27,729 bases of DNA from Cyanobacteria bacterium J06626_4 (lineage in GTDB: Bacteria > Cyanobacteriota > Cyanobacteriia > Phormidesmidales > Phormidesmidaceae): the NCBI GenBank assembly GCA_038523235.1, contig JBCBJQ010000077.1:1-27729 (forward strand), written 5' to 3'. The position numbers and the translations under genes were made by a program. The notes beneath the pieces were generated by a model. That model did no database searches. It had not been told where the DNA came from and saw only the letters and a list, made by a program, of their open reading frames with translations. Of the stretch, positions 8,698 through 15,541 are shown piece after piece. Position 1 is the stretch's first letter. Each line of letters begins with the position of its first letter.

Positions 8698-8790
8698 TCA
8701 GCGCGGGATGGTCGCTGAGGCCCAGTCCCAGGACTCGCCTGCTAGTCGCAGCCTGGGCCGGAAATGACTGATGTGGGGACTGAGAATCAT
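8698..8790 (-). CDS. Putative leader peptide MILSPHISHFRPRLRLAGESWDWASATIPR
   Basis: ATG 8790 to TGA 8698 (manual translation); the stop codon sits inside a perfect 10-bp stem. Confidence 0.45.
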   Translation of the reverse strand: MILSPHISHFRPRLRLAGESWDWASATIPR

Positions 8791-8822
8791 CTGGTCGCAG
8801 ATCGGATCTTGAATAGATAACT

Positions 8823-8856
8823 ATTGATATATACTCTCATTAATGAAGGTTGTCAA
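8823..8856 (-). promoter_or_regulatory. Promoter TTGACA-N17-TATATA overlapped by a Fur-like box
   Basis: TTGACA at 8851-8856 (minus); box ATTGATATATACTCTCATT at 8823-8841 covers the -10. Confidence 0.6.
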
Positions 8857-9085
8857 AGCCTATGTTCTCGCAATTGGCGATTCCTCTTCTGAGGTAGATG
8901 CTTCAGTCCACCTAGCTCGCTGCTTGGAACTTTCGCAGATGAAATAGGAGATTTACCGCCTGTTTGTCTAAGCAATTGGTGACTATAGAGACAGAGAGTC
9001 CAAGCGATCACTCTTTAGAATGGCGAAAAATAGCCAAGCTTATTGAGAATCAATACAATTCATTTTCTGGAGAGTGGCAACCCCT

Positions 9086-9538
9086 ATGAACGCAGCCAGT
9101 CATGCGGTGACCGTCGAGTTGACCAGCAAGATTGCTCATCTGGCAGTCTTGTTTCGCGCCGAGTTTGCTGAGGTGCAAGTTGACTTAAATCCCTGGTTGA
9201 CTGATGCCAAAACGCAGCGACAACTCGATCCGCATTCCATCGATCTCAGTTTCTTTTTTCCCAAACGACATCCGGGCTTAGCTTGCAACTACATATTGCT
9301 AAAAGTGCAGTTTTCAGAAGGGCTCTTACGGCCCACCTGCCAGCTGACGCAGGTGGAAGCCGATGGTTACGACCATGTTGATCCGCAGTGGTCGTTTTCG
9401 ACCACCAATAATCAGTTCATCGGCGAATGTCCACCGCTATCGGAGTATCAGACGCGCTTTCGGACTGTGACCGCTCAGATCTGGCGGCTCTTTGAGTACC
9501 CCAATCAGATCAAACCACGTTTAGATTATGGATTTTAG
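9086..9538 (+). CDS. Conserved cyanobacterial hypothetical protein (MNAA...SKIA...DLNPW...DPHSID)
   Basis: 150 aa from ATG 9086; preceded by TAGAAT and a partial Fur-like box ATTGAGAATCAATACAAT (9042-9059). Conservation is from memory of similar proteins, not searched. Confidence 0.8.
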   Translation: MNAASHAVTVELTSKIAHLAVLFRAEFAEVQVDLNPWLTDAKTQRQLDPHSIDLSFFFPKRHPGLACNYILLKVQFSEGLLRPTCQLTQVEADGYDHVDPQWSFSTTNNQFIGECPPLSEYQTRFRTVTAQIWRLFEYPNQIKPRLDYGF

Positions 9539-9563
9539 GCTGGGGATGGGAGACAAGGTATCT

Positions 9564-9638
9564 GGTGTCAGGTGTCAGGTCTGAACCCTGAACCCCGAAC
9601 CTTTCCCCCCTGAACCCTGAACCTTTTCTCCCCTGAAT
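9564..9638. repeat. STRR-like heptamer repeats (GGTGTCA x2; CCCTGAA / CCCCGAA units)
   Basis: ggtgtcaggtgtcaggtctgaaccctgaaccccgaacc...ccctgaaccctgaacc...ccctgaa. Confidence 0.75.
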
Positions 9639-9674
9639 CCTCTGGCTGTCCCCATTCCTGCGGTTTCGTTGCTA

Positions 9675-10781
9675 ATGTTTCCCGATCAACCTGCTTACAA
9701 AGCCTATCTTGTGGCTGACAGCACCACGGCGGTGATTCGTTTGAAGCATCCAGCTCAGCGAATTGTCTGTCTCAGTGCTTCAGGGCTAGATGTGCTTAAG
9801 GAATTAGGCTTGGCCCCTGTTGGCAGCATCCGCAGTGAGGTGGCTAGCCAACCTGAATTTTATGGCGAGCGATCGCAGCAGTGGGCCCCGGTCGGGGCTT
9901 GGCTATTGCCTAACTTTCGGAGCATCCGTCAATTGCAGCCCGACCTGATTTTAGGCTGGCAGTTTCCCCATCGGGTTTATCGCCATTGGTTAGCCGATAT
10001 TGCGCCCATTTATTTGATGGGGGGCAGTGGTTATGAAGAGGCGGTTTTACGCTTGCTCGATATTGCGGGCCTGACCCAGCAAACCGCCGCCGCTGAGGCG
10101 GCGATCGCCCAGTTGGATGGGCGATTGGCGAGTTATCATCAGCGTCTCCAAGCCGCACCGCGAAAAACAGTTTTGATGATGGGCGTCTCGCGGCTGAGTC
10201 GTTGGAGCGATCGCTACCCCGTAGAGACTCAGACCGGCACCCTCGGCAGTGTGCTCCAGCAGTTCACCACTTTTCCTTGGGTCAAACCAGTGGCCCACCA
10301 GGGCGAACCGGGCCTCACCTATTTATCGCTACCGCAAATTGCCCAAGTTGATCCCGATATTATTTTTGTACAGTCCTATGGCGCAGCAGTATTGCCAGGA
10401 CTCCACCACAGTCGCAGTTGGCAAGCCCTCAAGGCCGTGCAAACGCAACAGGTGTTTGAGGTGCCGCAATTTTGGCATTGGGGCAACGGCACCCGACTAC
10501 TGCAGCTGATGTTACAACAGCTATTACCGCTGATTTATCCTCAAGCCTTTATGACCGCTAATGCATCACCGTCGGCTCCATCTTCCCCACCAGCCGGACT
10601 ACGCCAGCGAGAACTGTGCGATCGCTGGGGCTTAGACTATCGACACGTGGCTCAAACAGCTCGACAATTGGGGCTCAGCACCCACGCCTATGTGCAGCAA
10701 CAAACCGGCTGGGAACTGCGAGACGAACGGTACTATCCCCCGTCTCAACTTTCAACAGAAGTGGAGGTTGATCAGCCTTAA
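9675..10781 (+). CDS. Fe-siderophore-type binding protein (FecB/FhuD/BtuF fold) without signal peptide, with C-terminal HTH-like domain
   Basis: PAQRIVCLS, PNFRSIRQLQPDLIL, DPDIIFV, WQALKAVQTQQVFEV; extra 76 aa from Met 10551 with GLRQRELCDRWG. ATG 9675 or TTG 9669. Confidence 0.8.
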   Translation: MFPDQPAYKAYLVADSTTAVIRLKHPAQRIVCLSASGLDVLKELGLAPVGSIRSEVASQPEFYGERSQQWAPVGAWLLPNFRSIRQLQPDLILGWQFPHRVYRHWLADIAPIYLMGGSGYEEAVLRLLDIAGLTQQTAAAEAAIAQLDGRLASYHQRLQAAPRKTVLMMGVSRLSRWSDRYPVETQTGTLGSVLQQFTTFPWVKPVAHQGEPGLTYLSLPQIAQVDPDIIFVQSYGAAVLPGLHHSRSWQALKAVQTQQVFEVPQFWHWGNGTRLLQLMLQQLLPLIYPQAFMTANASPSAPSSPPAGLRQRELCDRWGLDYRHVAQTARQLGLSTHAYVQQQTGWELRDERYYPPSQLSTEVEVDQP

Positions 10782-10828
10782 TTGCTGAAATTTCGATAAC
10801 GGGTAAAGCCCCCTCTTTTTGGAGTGAT

Positions 10829-11476
10829 GTGGTGCAGACAAGATCTCTCGTCAAGGCTTTGCGATTTTTGGCGGCTGTGCTGCTGTTAGCGTTCGTGATT
10901 TGGGCAGTGAACCGCTATGGCGTAGCGCAATTGCGATCGCAGGTTGAGCAACTGGGCGTGTGGGCACCGCTGGGCATCTTCTTGCTGCGGTTTACCAGTG
11001 TGGTGATTCCGGCCTTGCCAGGAACGGCTTATTCCGTGCTCGCCGGGGGACTGCTGGGCTTTACCCAAGGATTACTGATTATCTGTCTGGCCGATCTCTG
11101 TTCCTGCGCCATCAGCTTTGCCCTCTCGCGGCGCTATGGCCGTGACGTCGTGCAATATTTTGTGGGGGCGAGCTTCATGACGCGCATTAACGCCCTCAGT
11201 CAGCGTCATTTAGAAAACAACTTTTTCCTCATGACGGGCTTTTTGATGACGGGCTTTTTCGATTTTGTTTGCTATGCGGTAGGGCTGACCAAAACCCCGG
11301 TGCTCAAGTTTGCTCCTGCCTTGGTGATTAGCATTGCCCTCTCGAATCCGCCGATTGTGGCACTCGGGGCGGGCCTGCTCGAAGGCGGCAGGTTGCTGCT
11401 CGGGTTTGCCTTGCTCGGCATCTTTGGGCTCGCCATTGTGACCGGTATCGTCAGGCGCGATCGCTCATCCCCCTAA
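10829..11476 (+). CDS. DedA/TVP38 (VTT, SNARE-associated) family membrane protein
   Basis: VVIPALPGTAYSVLAGGLLG, FALSRRYGR, FDFVCYAVGLT. Confidence 0.85.
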   Translation: MVQTRSLVKALRFLAAVLLLAFVIWAVNRYGVAQLRSQVEQLGVWAPLGIFLLRFTSVVIPALPGTAYSVLAGGLLGFTQGLLIICLADLCSCAISFALSRRYGRDVVQYFVGASFMTRINALSQRHLENNFFLMTGFLMTGFFDFVCYAVGLTKTPVLKFAPALVISIALSNPPIVALGAGLLEGGRLLLGFALLGIFGLAIVTGIVRRDRSSP

Positions 11477-11578
11477 TGTCCTCCAGAAGCGCCTGCCCCT
11501 TTCTGCCTGAGTCGGGGCGGTATGGCGATCAACCACCGGCCAGGCAGTCGAGAGCCGCCGTGATCTAACAACACCTAT

Positions 11579-13129
11579 CTAACGACTAATGGGCAATTGA
11601 ATGATAAATGCCGCTCCCTGCTCTAAGTTTTGATCCAGACTGAGTTTTCCGCCATGATTGTCTTCAACAATCTGTCGCGCGATCGCGAGCCCTAAGCCCG
11701 TCCCCTGGCCCACCGGTTTAGTCGTAAAGAAGTAGTCAAACACTTTTGACTGCTGGCCCTTTTCTATCCCTAAACCGTTATCTTGAATCCGAATCACCGC
11801 CTGGTTTTGGTCATTGATTTGAGTGCTGATCTGAATCTGAGGCAACCGGCTACCCGCTTCACTGTCACTTTTTTGAGCTCTGTAGGCAGTCTTTAAACTA
11901 TCGATAGCATTCGTGAGCACAGCCAAGACAACTTGATTGATTTGGGCTGGATCACATTCCACGGGCGGCAGCGCCGTGTAGTCTTTATTGACCTCTATTT
12001 GGGGATGTTTGCCACTCGCGACTAGCCGATGGTTAAGAATCACCAGAGTGCTTTCGATGCCCTCATGGAGGTCGATGCGCTTGATGCCAGATTCGTCCAG
12101 ACGCGAAAAATTGCGAAGTGACAGCACAATCTCATGAATGCGGGCAGACCCTAACCTCATAGAGGCTAATACCTTGGGCAGGTCTTCTCGAATAAAATCG
12201 AGATCGACCTCCTGAGTAGCTTTTGAGATCGCGTCACTCTCTGTTGCTCGCGTTGTCGGCGGAGAGGATGGCAGTAGCCCGAGCAAACTGTTCACATAGC
12301 TTTCGGCGTAATACAGATTCGCATCGATAAAGTTGATTGGGTTGTTAATCTCATAGGCAATACCCGCCACTAGCTGGCCTAGGCTCGCCATCTTTTCACC
12401 TTGAACTAGCTGCGCTTGAGACTGCTGCAACTGCTGTAACGTTTCATTGAGTGCGGTGGTTTGATTTTGAATCGTTTTGACATATTCTGCCTGCTTGAGG
12501 GCGATACCCAACTGTTCCGCCACTTGCACGAGCGACTGCACTTCATGGCCTTGCCACTGTCGCGGCCCAGAGTTTTGATAAGCCGCTAAGAGGCCCCACA
12601 GTTGATTATTTAGATAGATGGCAATAATGGCGTAGGAGCGAGCCTGATAGCTTTTTAGGACTTCTACATAACAGTCACTAAAGCCAGCATTTTGAACGTC
12701 TTCGCAAACTCGGAATATTTTCCCCTGAACAAAAGCGCCTCCATAGGTGGCCTGCAAGTGTGTATCGGCTACTTGATGAGTGTCGAGCAGTCTGACACTG
12801 CAGTCACTGACATTTTTAGCAATTAAGTCGTTATGCTTTTGGGCTTCCACTAAGGGGAGCCATCCTGGACGCAGGGCCTCAGCCATAAAATAACCACTCC
12901 AATCTGGATTGAAGCGGTAGATGGCGACTCTATCGGCACCTAAGAGATCAAGCATCTCTTGGTTAACCGTTTCACAGATAACCGAAAAATCAAGCGACCC
13001 GCGAATTTGGTTAGTGATCTTGATCAGGGCATTTTGGGTCGCGATCAGGTCTGCTCTTGTCTGCGCGGTTGTAGAGGACTGAGGAACGTCCTCTGTTTCG
13101 TTCAGCTCTGGCATGGGGTCAGTCGTCAT
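11579..13129 (-). CDS. GAF (cyanobacteriochrome-type) sensor histidine kinase; H-box His replaced by Tyr
   Basis: GAF: DRVAIYRFNPDWSG...DTHLQ...FSDCY...LWGLL. HisKA: SLGQLVAGIAYEINNP. HATPase: NAID, DNGLGI, FFTTKPVGQGTGLGL. Confidence 0.9.
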   Translation of the reverse strand: MTTDPMPELNETEDVPQSSTTAQTRADLIATQNALIKITNQIRGSLDFSVICETVNQEMLDLLGADRVAIYRFNPDWSGYFMAEALRPGWLPLVEAQKHNDLIAKNVSDCSVRLLDTHQVADTHLQATYGGAFVQGKIFRVCEDVQNAGFSDCYVEVLKSYQARSYAIIAIYLNNQLWGLLAAYQNSGPRQWQGHEVQSLVQVAEQLGIALKQAEYVKTIQNQTTALNETLQQLQQSQAQLVQGEKMASLGQLVAGIAYEINNPINFIDANLYYAESYVNSLLGLLPSSPPTTRATESDAISKATQEVDLDFIREDLPKVLASMRLGSARIHEIVLSLRNFSRLDESGIKRIDLHEGIESTLVILNHRLVASGKHPQIEVNKDYTALPPVECDPAQINQVVLAVLTNAIDSLKTAYRAQKSDSEAGSRLPQIQISTQINDQNQAVIRIQDNGLGIEKGQQSKVFDYFFTTKPVGQGTGLGLAIARQIVEDNHGGKLSLDQNLEQGAAFIIQLPISR

Positions 13130-13325
13130 CTAAGTGAATAAAGGGATCGCGAGGATACAGACAGCCCAATGGTTCCCATTTCATTCACAGACATTACTAA
13201 TTGTGTAGTTTCGACCAAGAACAATCAAAAGCTCGGCTGAGCTGCCTTTTTGCTGTGACCTACCGCCGACACACCAAAGTCGGGGTGTAGAGATTGACAC
13301 AGCTCAAACGAACGAACTGGAGCCG

Positions 13326-13394
13326 TAACAGCCGGGCTGGCTCGCTTCGCTCGTCAACATCATTTCTGGGCCCGGTTATCCTGAAACGTTAGAG
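13326..13394 (+). mobile_element. Partial attC-like site directly upstream of the vat-family gene
   Basis: TAACAGCCGGGC...CTCGCTTCGCTCG...GCCCGGTTATCCTGAAAC-GTTAGAG; GTT at 13388, then AGAGG RBS and TTG start at 13411. Confidence 0.45.
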
Positions 13395-13410
13395 ATAAGA
13401 GGCAAACGAG

Positions 13411-14052
13411 TTGCAAGGTCCTGACCCACTGAACAAACATCCGATGGAAGGGTTTCCTCAGGTGTGTTACATCAAAAACACGGTGAAAAACCCCAACATT
13501 ATCATCGGTGACTACACCTATTACGACGATCCAGAGGACTCGGAGAATTTCGAGCGAAATGTGCTGTATCACTTCCCTTTTATTGGGGACAAATTGATCA
13601 TCGGCAAATTTTGTGCCTTAGCACGTGGGGTGAAATTCATTATGAACGGAGCGAATCACAAGCTATCTGGCATCTCTACCTATCCATTTCAAATTTTTGG
13701 CAATGGCTGGGAAAAGGTCATGCCGAGTGCCGATGAGCTGCCATACAAGGGCGATACAGAAGTTGGGAATGACGTGTGGATAGGATATGAATCCCTGGTT
13801 ATGCCAGGGGTGAAGATTGGTAACGGCGCCATTGTGTCTTCCCGAGCGGTGGTTGTTGCAGATGTGCCGGCCTACACAATTGTTGGGGGGAACCCCGCTA
13901 AGGTCATCAAGCGCCGGTATGAGCCAGAGGTTGTCGAGCGGCTTGAAGCCATCGCTTGGTGGGATTGGCACATTGAAAAAATCACACAGAACCTTGAAGT
14001 TATTGTTTCGGGCGATGTAGAGGCTCTGCTTCAGAGTAATGATCGTTGCTGA
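13411..14052 (+). CDS. vat: Vat-family streptogramin A O-acetyltransferase (XAT, hexapeptide repeat)
   Basis: MxGPDP start, NPNIIIGDYTYYDDP, LYHFPFIGDKLIIGKFC, MNGANH, STYPF, KGDTEVGNDVWIG, AWWDW. Family-level call only. Confidence 0.9.
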   Translation: MQGPDPLNKHPMEGFPQVCYIKNTVKNPNIIIGDYTYYDDPEDSENFERNVLYHFPFIGDKLIIGKFCALARGVKFIMNGANHKLSGISTYPFQIFGNGWEKVMPSADELPYKGDTEVGNDVWIGYESLVMPGVKIGNGAIVSSRAVVVADVPAYTIVGGNPAKVIKRRYEPEVVERLEAIAWWDWHIEKITQNLEVIVSGDVEALLQSNDRC

Positions 14053-14082
14053 CCGACGACAGCATCACTGAACGCATGATTC

Positions 14083-14241
14083 GATCGCATGCAAGCGCAT
14101 CCCCTCTGGTCTCGGCTCAAGGCTGTGCAGACCAATCAGGTGTATGAAGTGGGTGCTCATTGGGCGATCGGTAGCTACATTGCAGCCAACCTCAGCCTGA
14201 ATGATTTACTGAAGTTAAGAATGGGCAATGCCAGCCTATAA
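14083..14241 (+). pseudogene. 3' remnant of an Fe-siderophore binding protein gene
   Basis: Translates DRMQAHPLWSRLKAVQTNQVYEVGAHWAIGSYIAANLSLNDLLKL, 40/45 identical to the C-terminus of the 23501-24445 protein. Confidence 0.9.
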
Positions 14242-14258
14242 TGCAATTTATTCTCATT
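14237..14258 (+). promoter_or_regulatory. -10 TATAAT overlapped by Fur-like box (AraC 1)
   Basis: TATAATGCAATTTATTCTCATT; near-identical copies precede all three AraC genes. Confidence 0.8.
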
Positions 14259-14288
14259 AAATGCTAGACGCTTGCAATCCTCCCAACC

Positions 14289-15380
14289 ATGCTAAAACGA
14301 CTAGTCTTGAATCAGTGGGACGACTGGCTTGTGTCTGGTAGCCCAAGTGATTCACGGCTGTTTCATGCCGATGCTTCTGATCGCATCTTGGTTTGTCCTG
14401 ATCACCTGGGCCAAGGCTATTTCCAAGAAATTCTGCTGCGAGATGATTTGAGCCTTTTTATCCACGATCATGTGTTCGATCAGGACTTAGTGATGGATAT
14501 CCAGAGCAATGGCGATCGCTTGGAATTTGCCTTTACGCTGGCGGGGGCGGGGGCGGGATACAGTTTTTTAGTGCCTGACTTTGGCTGGAAAACCGTTATC
14601 CCTAAACCAGCACGCCAGCGGGCTTTCAAAGTCGAGATTTTCTTCAAACGACCAACGCTCATCACCTACCTGCAAGCCTTTATAGAGCGTTTATCCCCAC
14701 AAAACCAGCGTATTGCTGAGCGCATTATTCAATTGATGTATCGCTATCACGGTGGCGGCTCCAGCCCAACTCCGGTGGGGATGTTAAACCGGGTCTTTGA
14801 CCGTTCCATGGCCCCAGATCCTCACTTTATCTTCGAGCAAGTCGCCCCTAATGGCCTCTATACCGAGGTGCTAGACCTTTGCTACGCTGCCCGCAGTGTC
14901 ATGACACCTGGCATGAAGCAGGTGATTGGGCAGATTCTGAGTTGCCCTTATCAAGGGGTAACTCGTCGCACCTATTTAGAGCGTCGAGCCTTAAGACTGA
15001 TTACCCTGCGCCTGGAAGCCATCGTGCAGTCATCCGTTAATAACCTTGATCGAGACTGTATTCATCAGGCCGCTGCCATCTTGCGAGAACAGACCAGCCA
15101 GCCGCCAACGGTAGCAGCACTGGCCCGACAGGTCGGCACCAACCGGCTCAAGCTAAATCAGGGCTTTCACACTGTTTATGGCACCACTCCCTATAACTAT
15201 CTTCGTAACTGTCGCCTGCTACAAGCTCGACGACTACTGACGATTTCAGACCTTTCCATCGTTGAGGCGGCGGCAGCTGTCGGTTACAACAACCGTAGTC
15301 ACTTTGCCTTAGCCTTTCGCCAAACGTTTGGCATGAATCCCAAATCATTTCAGATGCAAGTGTGGCAGCAAGCCAGCTAA
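14289..15380 (+). CDS. AraC-family (PchR-like) transcriptional regulator 1
   Basis: QILSCPYQG, double HTH PPTVAALARQVGTNRLKLNQGF...VGYNNRSHFALAFRQTFGMNP. Confidence 0.93.
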   Translation: MLKRLVLNQWDDWLVSGSPSDSRLFHADASDRILVCPDHLGQGYFQEILLRDDLSLFIHDHVFDQDLVMDIQSNGDRLEFAFTLAGAGAGYSFLVPDFGWKTVIPKPARQRAFKVEIFFKRPTLITYLQAFIERLSPQNQRIAERIIQLMYRYHGGGSSPTPVGMLNRVFDRSMAPDPHFIFEQVAPNGLYTEVLDLCYAARSVMTPGMKQVIGQILSCPYQGVTRRTYLERRALRLITLRLEAIVQSSVNNLDRDCIHQAAAILREQTSQPPTVAALARQVGTNRLKLNQGFHTVYGTTPYNYLRNCRLLQARRLLTISDLSIVEAAAAVGYNNRSHFALAFRQTFGMNPKSFQMQVWQQAS

Positions 15381-15459
15381 AAAAATGCGTTTACCGTTCA
15401 AAACCGCTAGGCCGCGATTGGTCGCTCTCATACGCTAGTCGAGAATAATTCGCTTTAAG
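15381..15459 (+). promoter_or_regulatory. TBDT 1 promoter: putative AraC site, -10 TACGCT, Fur-like box
   Basis: AAAAATGC, CAAAACCGCTAG, TACGCT (15431), GAGAATAATT (15441); same spacing in all three modules. Confidence 0.7.
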
Positions 15460-15541
15460 TTCAATCGATTGAGCTGGGGCCGTAGCCGATGATGACTGCT
15501 GCCTGCTGGTTGAGCTTTGACGGCAGTCGTGTGTGAGGAAA

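Larger units (their letters stand above)
8519..8822 (-). ncRNA. Candidate structured leader/sRNA (about 300 nt) containing a 30-codon uORF
   Basis: Promoter-like region and Fur-like box upstream, at least three hairpins, terminator at the 3' end, no long ORF. Confidence 0.5.

Noticed and set aside
13294..13299. TTGACA upstream of vat
   Set aside because: No -10 element at 16-18 bp spacing.
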